A stretch of 64,000 bases of DNA. Origin: Pocillopora damicornis (Eukaryota). Shown piece after piece: positions 46,386 to 58,610 of the stretch. The notes under the pieces were generated by a model, which was not told the DNA's origin, did not search any database, and worked only from the letters and a program-made list of their open reading frames with translations. The stretch covers positions 868,001-932,000 of the forward strand of contig NW_020845410.1 in assembly GCF_003704095.1 (NCBI RefSeq). The letters run 5' to 3'. Position 1 is the first letter of the stretch. Every line of letters begins with the position of its first letter. The translations under genes were made by a program, and so were the position numbers.

Positions 46386-47628
46386 CCCCCCCCCCCATCC
46401 CTTATTTTCTAACATAGTAAGGATACAAAGAAAACCTGATTCTATTGCCACTTTATTTAAAACTTTTTATGCTTCAACTACAGTGGGATCAGTATAAGAA
46501 AATAATGAGCACCCCCTCTATTAAGCACCCTCCCTCAGAAGTGCCCCTCCTATCAGCCAAAATTTTAAATAAGCACCCAGGCTCTTATTCAAAGAAATAC
46601 AGTATGTTTGGAGTACATTGACATTTGTGCAAGGGCTACCAGCATGTAGCCAGCACATCACAAGTGGGATAATCTCTCTGCTACCCAAGCTGTCTATGAA
46701 ATCTGTGCTTATGTCTAACTATCCTGACAATATCATTAGAATTTATAATTTCACAAACACAGACCTTTCCTCTACAGTGTCCTTTATTTCAGATAGGCAA
46801 GTCTTAATTTCTGTTTACAAAATCAATACAATACCAAGCATTTAAATTTAAGATGATTTAAAATCCAACTAAAAACCACACACTTGGATGCACCAGAGTG
46901 GAAATAGTGCAGCTGATGATGGTCACTACTTAAAATTAAAGATTCATTGTTTAAAACAAGTTTTTCTGTTCTTGTTGCTGTTAATTTGAGATGAACAAGC
47001 AAAATTGTGGGGACATTACTAGGAAAACCAATACTTTTAGACCACCAGGGCCCAGTTCTCAGAAGGGCAAATAACACTATTCAATGGATAAATATCTGTC
47101 CAGCAGGTATGTGCCTAAAGATTGTACTGGACAATCCACCAGAGAGAGATTTATCCAGTGGATAGCTTTATCCACTCTTCAAACTACATGGAGGCAGATG
47201 TCAGTGACATTGGGGTCGAGATATTCAAAGAGAGACTAAAATAATGAGAATCCAATGGAAGTCAGAAGGGGCATGATATCAAAATAACAGAAAGTTTAGA
47301 ACATTTGGGGAAATAGAATTCACTAAGGTACCCTGGTGGTGGTTCAAAACAATGTCACACTTATCGGAGACGACCATGTGTGAAACAAGCCCGTGACTTA
47401 TGTCCTTAAGGTGATTGTAGACACAAAAATGAGTACTTATTATTGTGTTCACTTTAAAAATAAATATTAGTTTGTGTTAGTTCAACTATTCACTGTTGAT
47501 TACGACACACAGGAATTTCTAGTCAAAGATTGAGTCTGCAACCTCACAAGAATGATGTATTTTTACACAAACATGTTGACGCTCACAGGTAATAAAAATC
47601 TCATAATTCTACTCAGCCTGAGCTGTGT

Positions 47629-49853
47629 CTAGTCTGGTGGGCTGTATTCCTCATCATTATCCAATCTTTTGGCCTTTCTTGATGGATTTAGTTCTGTGGT
47701 TTCTGGCAGATCAGCACTATCCACATCACGTTTTTTACCAGATTGGGTGTTCTAAAGTCAAAACAAAAAATATTGTGAGTTAAATCTGAATGAACTGTAA
47801 GCATGAATTGTGCAAAGTGCTTAAAACGAGTGAACTTTGGTTCCAATAATTTGGGAACCTCTACAAAAATAAACTAAGTTTCAAATTAATCTTTCCTGAC
47901 TTATCAAAAGCCTTATTTACACTGGTGTCTATATTTTCAAAACAACAATAATGATTACAGTCTTAGATTTCTCCACTGTCTGTTTCAGTCTTTGCAAAAT
48001 ATTTACTAGACGCAGGTTATCTGATTATTTCCAGTTTAATAAGTTTAAAGCTGTCCTGTTTTGACTATGATTGACCACATCAAACTTTCATCTGGCTTGA
48101 GATAACCTTTCATTAACTCAGATTTAATAAGCTTGAGTTCTAAATATTTCTTTTTCATCTTCGCTTAGCTCATTTAACACTTAAAGTAAATTTACTGAAA
48201 ATAACAAATGTAATAAGATCAAAACCCAAATGTTTTGCTTTGAAATTTCAATTCCCAATTAAAGGATGTTCCTTGAGACAAGCCCAGGTATATGTAGCAG
48301 TGCATCATTTTGCTAAATTTGCCTCTAATATCCACTGATGTTAAAGTGTTCCAGCTTATTTTAAATATGACAGGTGGAATAAATTAACTAATAAAGCAAT
48401 CTTTCACCAGTTGAATTTTCAAGAATTCCAAGCAATTTTAGAGGATAATAAGAAGTATTACAGGTGGTAAATTTTACCAGCTATTGCCTATAAAGGAGCA
48501 CATTGATAATACCAACATCACTTGTTTTAAAAAACAAAGTTTTCTTACTTCAACTTCCCACTGCTGGTGTAGATATCTCAACAAAATATTTGCTTTATCT
48601 GTAACAATGACTAAAATAAGACAGAACAAAAACTATTCTCAAAATCATTCACCCACTAGCACAACGATCACTACTGATACTTATCTCACAATATATAAGC
48701 TTGTAATCATGGTCACGCCCTAATTATTAACAGTGCAGCACGAGTGCACCCCCCTTCCACTCTCCCTCCTACCCTCTGCAAGAAGTTCCTAGTATTTTTG
48801 TTGTTATTATTCATTGTGCTATTATTGCTGGTGATCTTATTTGTAATACTGATTATGATCACCATGATGGATAATAATGAGGTGGAGGGGGTGGAGGGGG
48901 TGGATGGGGTGAAGGGGGTGAAGGGGGTGAAGGGGGTGGAGGAGGTGGATGATGACAATATCACTAAAGCCCCAGTGCTTACAGTGGCTGGGTAAAATGG
49001 GAAAAAGGCACCCAAAAGTTTATGGTGTTATGTCTCAGTGAACACCAAGAAACAATGTTCCCTTCCCTTTTCAAGATCTAACATAATCGAAAAATATGAG
49101 CATTTTTTTAAAGAATTCTTTCATTACGAACAAAGGTGTTCCTCGTATTGTACCTTGTTCAGCTGCTCCATCTTCTTTAGTTGGCAAGTACACAACAGGC
49201 CTACGGTTCTAATGAAAAAAAAAACGTCCATGAAATTTTTGATAGATCACGTATTACAAGAAACTATATAATATTTAATCCAAAAAAAAAAAGTATTCCT
49301 AGCGAGTTAGAATATTAATAATGTACATACACAAGAGGCTACCATATTTCGATCGGCAGTATTCGGTTACCGAGTATCTTTCACCGTGATCATCATTGAT
49401 GAGATGTTAAAATGAACCAAACAAGAAATTACAAATGTCAAGAATTCGAAACACGTTTCTTGCTTCCTTTATAAATTTTACGTGTATTTATTTTTTTACA
49501 TTTGTTAACGTTGTCGTTGCCTACTTCAGACTTAGTTTGCGCACCACAGTCAAACTTTTCAAGTAAAATAAAAAATACAATCATTCCTCTTGAAGATTTG
49601 CTACTGAAGAAACAAAATTTAGAACAATCGTGAAGAAAGAGAAGTTAATTTCAAGCAATCAAAATTCAAGAATTAACGAGGTTTACACCTACCGTGGGCT
49701 TGGAACTAGAATCTGTGCAATATTTTGAAAAATTGCGCTGATTAAATGATGGTAGTTCCTTTAGGAGGTCGCCCTAAACACAAATGAACAGATTTCCTCA
49801 GATAAAGGCTAATAGTAAAAGCACAACTGTGAGAATATTTAGTTACACACCAT
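47629..49853 (-). CDS. DDA1: DET1- and DDB1-associated protein 1 (107 aa, 5 exons)
   Basis: ATG-only exon 49853-49851 (atg|gtgtgt, inferred), then 49773-49693, 49208-49154, 48610-48549, 47751-47629: [76 protein letters not shown]...SPPD*. Confidence 0.92.
48880..48952 (+). repeat. G-rich 9-bp tandem repeat (ggtg[ga]aggg)n in a DDA1 intron
   Basis: About 7 units; explains the spurious GVEGVK and TPFTPS ORFs. Confidence 0.85.
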
Positions 49854-50008
49854 GCTATCTTCGCGAAATTTCCAACATGTATTTACAAAAGTATCTGCGC
49901 AATTTTATTTATAGATCTGTTGTTACGCGCATCCCTTTTGAAAGTCATTCGTGTTGCCGAGTCGCGGGCGCCATTTTTTGGTATCCAGGCAACGCTTAAG
50001 GAAGCAAA
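49854..50008. promoter_or_regulatory. very compact bidirectional promoter DDA1/EFCAB2 with RFX X-box
   Basis: 155 bp ATG-to-ATG; GTATCCAGGCAAC at 49981-49993; opposed AAAATGGCG motifs at 49969-49977(-) and 50006-50014(+). Confidence 0.65.
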
Positions 50009-51380
50009 ATGGCGGACGTTAGTTCACCAAATCCAAGTAGTGAACCCGAAAAACCTACCATAGAATCGTCTGATTCGTCTGCTGCAGAGTTGCAAAAGAG
50101 AATTTCAGATTCTTTTGATATATTTGATCACGAATCTAACAAAACTGTCGACGTTAGGTAAGAAAGTCACAATAATATTTCATATCTAACTGGCACCTTC
50201 ATTTGATAAGTTTTTATGTTTCTCAATATCTAACTGTGATCTTGTACATTTTAAGAGAGGTTGGGACGATTGTAAGATCGCTGAAGTGTTGTCCTACTGA
50301 GGGAGAGCTTCATGACATTTTAGCCGAGGTATGTGAAACACTGATTTTCTTTATCAGGGGTAAGTTTCAAATGAGAGTGATTAGAAATATGCCTAATTTG
50401 CCTTTTTCAATGATGTTGAGGTTCTATGCTTATTTGTTATAGGTAGAGGAGGAAGAACCAACAGGATACATAAGATTTGAAAAATTTGAACCTGTTATGT
50501 TAAAAACTCTTCTGGAGAGAAGGTAACTTAAGGAATGTTCTAAAATTGATGGAGTGTCATGTCTATTTTAACTCTTGAAATTAACCTGTTCCTTTTCCCA
50601 CCAGGGAAAAAAGAAGATGCTCCTTTTTGGCTTAGTCCACACCCAAGTTAATTCTCAATTTAATTTTTGATAGATACAAACCAGCACCTGAGGACCAAAT
50701 TATGAAAGCATTTGAAGTTTTAGATCAAGAAAACAAAGGCTACCTTACTACAGAAGAACTTACAAAATACATGACTGAAGAAGGTACATGGAGCTTTAAA
50801 ATGGAGTTAGTAGTTGGAACATCATGTTTTCACCTTCCTGTTTTGTTTCCCAAGGATATCTCACATGTTTGTTATGTTTATGCCTGTTATCTCACAGATA
50901 ACAAGAGTGTAGATAGGATTCTCCCATTGGGGGTGGGTAAGGGGGGGTTGAGCTGTACACTTGAGTCTTACTGTCATTGGGAAATCATTAGGTTGTACAT
51001 AACCTCGTTTGTGCCTTTTTGGTATTATGGGTACACGTGGTCAGATGCATCTTTTGACCCCCTCCCCCCCCCCAACCACACTCTGCATAGCTCAATTGAC
51101 AGTAACACCCAACTAGTAACTGGAGAGGAAGGATTCAAATCTTGTCAATCAAAGCCTGTGTTTTTTCAAATGTCTTAATGTAGTCCTGTGAGGATCATTT
51201 CTGTACTTGTACATTAAAGAGGTGTTCAATTGATGACCTGTATCATCTTTTATGTTCACAACAGGTGAACCTTTCACACAAGAGGAAATGGAGGAAATGC
51301 TTTCTGCTGCTGTTGACCCAGACAAAGGGATTATATTTTATAAGGATTTTGTTTCAATGATGGTAGTAGATGACTTGTAA
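50009..51380 (+). CDS. EFCAB2: dynein regulatory complex protein 8, EF-hand (5 exons)
   Basis: ISDSFDIFDHESNKTVDVR-EVGTIVRSLKCCPTEGELHDILAE-VEEEEPTGYIRFEKF..ERR-YKPAPEDQIMKAFEVLDQENKGYLTTEELTKYMTEEG-EPFTQEEMEEMLSAAVDPDKGIIFYKDF; TAA at 51378-51380. Confidence 0.93.
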
Positions 51381-52109
51381 CAGGACAGAATTGCAGAAAT
51401 TTCATTTAACCGTGCAGGGTTGTCTATTTTCATGCCAGTTTTGTATAGATAGCTTAGATTTAATTTATTGTGTGATACCAAAATGCCATAGCTTCTCAAA
51501 GACACTTCAGTTTTTTAAGTTTGACTGATACCAAAAGATTTTTGTCTTTGTCTTGAATAAAAGGAAAATATGTACCTATACTACAAGATACATTTAAATC
51601 TAATGATGGCACTGTAGTTATGTATAAATATTTTGAATTTGTATTAAAAGGAACACTTTCATTTAAATCTTCAACTATTTTTCATTTGAACCTTGGCTGG
51701 CTAGGGTGGGGAATTTTAACCAGAAGTGAACTCTTGTTCATTGAGTAGAAAGTCACAGTTGCTGATTTTTCCATAAATTGACCATCAAATCTGGCACTGG
51801 GATAGGGCATTTGAATGCAATTTTGGCCCAGTGTAAAAGGAATATGAACAAACCAATCTTTAAAAGTTAAAATGCTGAGGAAGTTGCCCAATTAGCTGGA
51901 TGGGTCCTTGATTGATGGTGGGTTTATTAATTAAAATATTTTTCTAAGCCCCCCTAAAAATGTTGAGGGGAGAGATACAAAATCATGGCGACGAACGACA
52001 ATTATTGCTGCCAAAGAAGATTTCACCTCATTCTTACCTGCAGTCAGTCACACAATTTGTTGTTGTTTTTTTTAATGAGCGTTGCGTGACAATCGTGACT
52101 GTTTTGTTG

Positions 52110-52122
52110 TTTGGCGCGCGAA
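52110..52122 (+). promoter_or_regulatory. E2F-type site
   Basis: TTTGGCGCGCGAA directly before the ATG at 52124. Confidence 0.55.
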
Positions 52123-52123
52123 C

Positions 52124-53521
52124 ATGGCCTCCGCGGAGGGAGAAAGCGAATGCACGGAATTACTCACAGAAGCTTTGATTAATGCACAAATTCATAACAG
52201 CTACACCATGGATGAATTTAAAGAACTATTTCCCAGAAAGTACCGGTACGTTTTTTCGAGAACCTTGGTTGATTCGCATAGCTTTAAGAAGAGACAATTA
52301 AGATCTCCTCGTTATTTCGTGTCAGGGACCATAAAGATGTGAAGGTTTTGTACGAAGCCTATCAAAGAAAGCGAAAACAAACAAGAGACAGAGTCCGGAA
52401 GAATATAAGATCGTTTTGTAGGCAACGTGATCAACAGGTGAAGTTCTCAGTTACTATCCATAAAGTTTTTAACCGTTCAGTACTTAGTAGGCTAGCACAA
52501 ATCTTGATCTTGACAGTTCTCAAGCTCTCTCCTAACCTTTGCGATAATGTAATAAAACAATTTCTTTAAGTATCCCACTAAAATTTTTTTACGTTCTTCT
52601 ATTTGTCAGGACGATGCATATGATAGTAAACATGAGGATGAAGCGTGGGAATTAGAACAAAGAGAGGTGGTCCTGCAAGAGGTTTGTGAATTACACAAAA
52701 TTGATTTTATCTTTCAAAGTCTTAGTGATGTCAGCGCACATGTCAGCGGACTTGTTATTGTTAGGCCGCCATGTTGATGTTGTTCAGTATGTAAGCACGA
52801 GGTCCTTTTGAATAAAGCCTCAATTGTGCAAGGATCGAACTTCTATTTCATTACATGTATATTCTCCATACTGTTCTCTATACATTTACTGAGGTACTCA
52901 CAAGGAGAATTTGTTTATTAATCAAGAGCTAATTAACCCTTTAACTCCCATGAGTGACCAAGACAGAATTTCTCCTCACCAAATCAATACAATATCAAAC
53001 AGAAAAGTGATGAGAATAAAGAAAAATATCGCTTAGGGGATTATTAGTTGACTCAATACCAAATTCTCAGATTTAGCACCATAAAAATTGTATAGAAGAC
53101 AGTAAAGAGAATTATTGACAAGATCTTGGGAGTGAAAGGGTTAAAAAGTAAGTGACCATTTACCTCAATGCTTGATTCAGGGGTGATTTTTTTATGAAGA
53201 AATTAGGTGCTAGTCACTCTTTGGAGTCAAAAGGTTAATCATGGAACTGAATTTTGTTTATTTTCACATCATTTCAGGAAATAAATTCAATGCAACAATA
53301 TATTGATGAACTTCAAGACAAACTTGGGAGGTGAAAATCCTTATTACACTGTTCCTTTTTTTTTTAACTTCCTCATTGTCTAAATTTTCCGCAGACCTTT
53401 AACATAACTGGTTCAATTTTTTTTTTTCAGTTGTGCAGATGCCTTGGAAAAGAGAAAGTTCTTTTCTGGCTTGCATGCAACAGATTTTGATGTCAACAAA
53501 TTTAAGGAGAAAAATTGGTGA
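52124..53521 (+). CDS. 149-aa helical protein, probable Cnl2/Nkp2-family inner-kinetochore protein (5 exons)
   Basis: Exons 52124-52245, 52326-52437, 52610-52681, 53278-53330, 53431-53521 (450 nt, GT-AG, phases consistent). MASAEGESECTELLTEALINAQIHNSYTMDEFKELFPRKYRDHKDVKVLYEAYQRKRKQTRDRVRKNIRSFC..., then a coiled coil. Gene model is strong; the family call comes from a remembered motif. Confidence 0.75.
52937..53140. mobile_element. TTAA piggyBac-like MITE nested in a second-subfamily MITE
   Basis: TTAA at 52933-52936 and 53141-53144; flanks join into the 30837-type element. Confidence 0.85.
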
Positions 53522-54549
53522 AACATGGACAGATAAAGCTAAAAGGATTTTGAAAATCATTCACTATAATTTCTCTTTGAATTTCATCTTTTTGTAAATA
53601 ATGCTAGCCGATACAAACTGGTACATAATGTTAATGGAAACTTTGTTTTCTTTGTGCTTGGCCTTTTTTACCCTTAGATCAGTGTGCATATTCTCCATAC
53701 TGTTCTCTATACATTTCCTTAGGAGCTTACAAGGAGATTTTGTTTCACAATTAAGTGTTTCTCCAATTGATGATCATTTCCTTCATTCCTTTGACCATAA
53801 TGTGTGATTCAGAAGTGATATTGTAAAGAGAAATTAGAGACTATAGCCACTCTTAGGGGCTAAGGGACAACAAAGACAAATACCACTGGTTTGTAAAAAA
53901 AAAAATTCTTAAACACATCACTTTAGTGAATATTCCTTGTAAACAACAAATAAAATAAAGAAATATTTTTTAATCTACCTCTAAGCTGCTCTCCTATTTA
54001 CAATGTATAATTGTTTCACCTGAAGATTTGATATACATCACTTTTTTTTTACTATCTTTTAAAACTGCTTCTTTCTATATATGAAGTTGATATATTGAGT
54101 TCAAAATATGAACTCACATGTTCATCAAAATCTCTAAGATTCAACAAAAGAGAACTGTTATCGTAATTTTTTGGTAAATAAATGATATTGTCCTGGTTGA
54201 GCAGGACGCCCTGGAATCATTTTGGCAGAACAAGAAAGAATGAGAGCAAATTTGTCCACCATTAGTTATCAAATAAACAAGCAATTCAGACGCTCAAGTC
54301 ATGAGTCAATAAAAGATCTAATTCTGATCTCCAAAGGGACTCAAACATGTAACTGGTGCTAAACTGGTTAGTGCAAAATCAGGGTACTCATTCCATTTTG
54401 GGACTCAGAATTGACTCTCAATTGTTAAGACTGAATTTTGGATATTTTTGGTCTACATAATATCCAAATAAATTTGTTTCCTTAAATACTAAATATATAA
54501 ACTCTGAAAGAATCTTTTTTCTAAATAAACATAAGATGAACCAAGTTAA

Positions 54550-57368
54550 TCAAAGGCCATGAAATTGTTGTTGAGGATTGCTCTGAATCCTTTGTTCCCC
54601 AAGAGCTGGTAATTGTTGAATTCCACTTCTTTTTCGTCCTTGTACACCACTAAGATTTGGGAAAGACTGTAAGAAAAACAAAAAACAGAAAAACTCTATT
54701 GTTTTAAAACAAACAAAAAATATCCCCAATATAAGAGTCCCATCTGATGAGAAGAGAAATCATGGTTTGCATGTGTCTGAAGGCTTGATAACCAAATGCT
54801 GTTTGGAAAATTAACTTGTACTCCAGACTTACTTGGGTGGTGGAAATCAAGCCTGGCATGAACGTTGCTTTCAAGTTCTCTCCTTTGATTCTCAAAGCAA
54901 GCTTACTTACAGAAACCTCAAGGTGTCTGAGGTATCTTATTTATATCTGAATACAATAAACTTTTCCTGAAGCCTCAGGCCTTCAGTGATGGAATAAGAA
55001 ATGGGAAACACAGAATCAAGGCAGCTGTAGTGTAGTGGGAAAGGCCAATGTAAAGGAAGGAATTTTTTATTAAAAGAGGATGTCAACCCTCAAGACATTT
55101 GAAATTACCTCCCTTGACCCTTTATTTCCCAGAAGTGATAAACATGCAACTTCTCCCTGTAATATCTGTAAATTATCCATTAAACAGGTAATGAGAATTC
55201 TGGATCAATATCAGTATCTGGGCAACTGCCCACCTACCCCTCCCCTAACCCAACATTAACCCTAACTTGTTATCAATTGACTGTCGTTGAGTTAGGGAAG
55301 GGGTAGGTGGGCAGTTGCCCAGATACTGATATTGATCCAGAATTCTCAACCTCATCTTTGGTAAAATTTGCCATCTTGATCCAACACCAAATTCTTGTAA
55401 CTCATTAACAAGGAAATGTCTAGCAGCTAGTAAGGAGAATTAACAATGGGAGTTGAAGTTGAAGGGTTTATTCTAGACAACTTATAGCCGTCAGTTGAGT
55501 CTTAAAAGTGAGGTCACCTCTATCCAACAGTCACCCCTCTAATATGGACACTTAGCTTTGTCCTTTCTGTCTAATGTCTATGTCAGAAATAGGTCACTAA
55601 CCAAAAAAATCAATGTAACTCAATTACTTATCATTGGTTGCCATATCAACTCTACTGTTACTACTTACATTGTCGTGAACAAGATTAGAGGATGTTTTCC
55701 TTCCTTTTGCATCAACAATGACAGGTTTATGATCAGTAAACATTCGATTGAAGCTCATTTCCCTGTTGCTCAGCTCCAGACGATAACGCTGCACTTCTCG
55801 TCTGAGACGTTCAAGCTCATCATCTCTCTAAAGTGGATACAGACCAAGCCTAAGTACAAATTTGATAACAATTAAAATATTCCCCCCCCTCCCCCCTTCT
55901 CCTCAACACTTGAGTCAGATAAGTAATAGATAGCCTAAATCAGTCCATACTCCAAATTAATGAGATAAATTTTTCGCATTTGATTTTAAAATTTCCTTCC
56001 CTCTTTGGTTTCAGATACATGTAATTAATTCTCAAATTCCAAGGCTTTGGGCTTAAGCTAAGAACAAAAGAAATGAATTCATCAAAACATGTGAGCACAA
56101 AAAGAAATATTTTGGAAGGGAAAGTAGTAATTAGGAAGACCAAACATATTTTTTTATCCATTGTTTTAGTGTGAACAAAGACTGAAAATCTTGGAAATCT
56201 AGCTAAAATTTTCTAAAGTGGTGTTGTAATAACACTGTAATAACACTGCAATATCAACCCTTTCACTCTCGAAATCTCATCAGTAATTCTCCTTACTGTC
56301 TGCCCTACAATTCTTGTGGCATTGGTTTAGAATCTGATTTTGGATCAATTCATGATCTCATTTATATTTTTCTTTTTTCTCATCACTTGTCTGCTTGATA
56401 TTGTAATGATATTGTAATGAGAAATTCTGTTTTGGTCACTCATGGAAATCAAAGGGTTTAACAAAGTTCTAAACTTAACATACATCAATTGGCGATGGTC
56501 GGGGTACTTCAGGACTTCCTTTAGTCACTGATCTTGGGGATCTTTTTGCTTCCTTTCTTTTGTTCCTCTCGTCAACATATTGTTGAATTCTAAGTTCTAA
56601 CTGATGTTTTTCATCTTCAAGCTCCTTTACTTGTTGATTCAACTGTTTATTTTTCCATTCAAGTTTTTCAGCCCTCATTTGGTCTTCTCGTTGCTGTTTT
56701 GTGTATTCTGCAATTTTCTGACCAAGTCTCTCAATTTCATCCTGCCAGTCTCCTTGCAAGCCATCAACACTTGCTTCAAGCCTCTGCTTTTTTTCCAATA
56801 CATCTTTTAATTCATCCTCCAATGTTTTTACTTTTGATTGAAGATTATCAACTTGATTTTGGCTCTTCTTTATCTTGTCACTTTTAACCTTGAGTTTTTC
56901 TTTCAAGTTATTGTTCTCTTTCTTTACATTTTCCAGTTCAACTGACAAATGATCATACCCAGAGTTTACATTATCCATAAGGCTTTCTTTCAATTCTACA
57001 ATTTGTTTTTCAGCAATCATTAAAAGTTGATCTTTATGCTCTAACTGAGTATTTAATTCTGCCTCCCTATTTTGAAGATCTTGGATCTGCTCTTTGTCTT
57101 TCTCAATCTCTGTATTTTTCAAGTCCAACAAAACACGGTATTTTTCTAGTTCATCAAGTTGTCCCTCCAACCACGAAATTTTTCCTTTTGCTTCTTCAAG
57201 AATACCTCTTATCTCATGTTCATATGCAGTTTTCAATGATTCTACTTCAATCTCGCGCTCGTGGTTTCTCGTAAACAGCAAGTGAATGACCATAGTGAGT
57301 TCAGCTATCTTCCGTGATAGTTTTCCCTTCAAGTCGAGTTCACGTTCTTTATCTCTGTGGTGAGCCAT
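54550..57368 (-). CDS. short FAM184-like coiled-coil protein (~386 aa, 3 exons)
   Basis: Exons 57368-56484, 55827-55669, 54666-54550. N-terminal LSRKIAELTMVIHLLFTRNHEREIEVESLKTAYEHEI and C-terminal RYRLELSNREMSFNRMF resemble the two conserved FAM184 blocks. Confidence 0.8.
55118..55466. mobile_element. diverged TTAA-family MITE hosting a palindromic insertion
   Basis: ccctttatttccc...gttgaaggg; body aligns to 1876-2585. Confidence 0.7.
55201..55339. mobile_element. near-perfect palindromic MITE with 6-bp TSD
   Basis: ~49-bp inverted arms tggatcaatatcagtatctgggcaactgcccacctacccct...; GAATTC at 55195-55200 and 55340-55345; older copy at 62885-63009. Confidence 0.9.
56258..56456. mobile_element. 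TTAA-family MITE copy
   Basis: Aligns with 32950-33153; further copies ~59128-59338, ~40440-40615, ~28385-28588. Confidence 0.75.
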
Positions 57369-58610
57369 TTTGGATTATTTGTAGACAGCCACACAGATGA
57401 GAACTGGTTTCTCGAAACAGATGATATTTGTACGATATGACATCCAATTATTTCAATCGTGCAAATTAAGCTTAGGCCGAAAACATCGAATTCATCACCT
57501 GAGTTCAAATTGGCGAAGGTTATGTTTGATGAAGAAGAAATCCATACCTTTTTTTCCACGTCGAAGGCGAACTGTAACGTGAAATGCAACTCATACTGCG
57601 ATCACAGCGACAGCCGTTTGATTAACTGCCCTTTAGCTCTCCGTTTTAAATTGGGCAAACTCGACCATGTTTAGTACGTCAACAGATTCAACTTTCTAAC
57701 GTCGCTCCAAAAATCTTTCTGCCAATTTTATTGCGCGTGCTGTTGATCTCTTGTCAGTGATGTGTTGAAAAAGATCGACTGGACTGTTTGAATTTTCACA
57801 GCTTGTGTCCTTTGAAAAACAGACCAAAGTGTTGATTAATAAATTCAAGAGAGAGCAATGGACCAACACATATGTTGCTAAGACGTAGTGGGAGGAACGT
57901 TTTGAGCTTCATTTGCATGACAATTGCCCAAAGTTGGAATGCTACATAGGTGCAAATTAGGTCCAGTTACCTATTCGTTCACATAAATCCGCTGTCCCGG
58001 CAACAAAAGTTAGCTGCCCGCTCTGTTTACACAAGAGTTGATGAGTTTTCAAAGCAGAAATAATGACTCTGAGTGTCCGCCATGTTGGACGCTCGGCGTC
58101 GTAAGCCTGGCCCTAGTTGTTTTGGTAAACAGATGAAGGGGAGGGGACAAGATGAAAAGGAACCAAGACATGGAAAGGTTGTTGTCTCAAAATGAAAGAG
58201 AAAAGGTATAACGGTACGACATGTTATGTAACGACTCCGTATAAATATCAAAACTTTAACAGAACCAGAAGAAACTATGAAAAATTACGTGAAAGCTGAA
58301 AAACGAGTCAAAAAATATTGTAAAGTGGTACCTGAGTACTTGTGAAAGTATTTAATTGAATTCACTCCTTTCTGTTACTTTGTGATTTGAAAAAATAATC
58401 GGAAGAAATCAGGGGTAAGGGGGACGTTTCGCCTAACCGCGCGGAGATTGGGAATAGTAATAGAGGTCTCATACAGTTACTTACACAACGTAGAAACCAA
58501 AAATTTTTGAAAAATGGCGGAATTTTGTGAATTCATCGCTGTGTCGTTTTCAAGGTATTGGAGCCACAGATAGCGAGTGAATATCTTACTGGTAATTTAA
58601 TCTGGTGTAA

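Noticed and set aside
46147-46451. ORFs full of X
   Set aside because: Artefacts of the N gap.
48713-49015. Membrane-like or collagen-like ORFs on both strands
   Set aside because: Translations of simple repeats within a DDA1 intron.
54832-54900. Extra phase-0 exon for the FAM184-like gene
   Set aside because: Good donor but no credible acceptor; the model works without it. RNA-seq could revive it.
58027-58251. Small gene between FAM184-like and CEP120 (MADTQSHYF...)
   Set aside because: Short, no homology recognised; more likely promoter or 5' UTR with a YY1-like motif.
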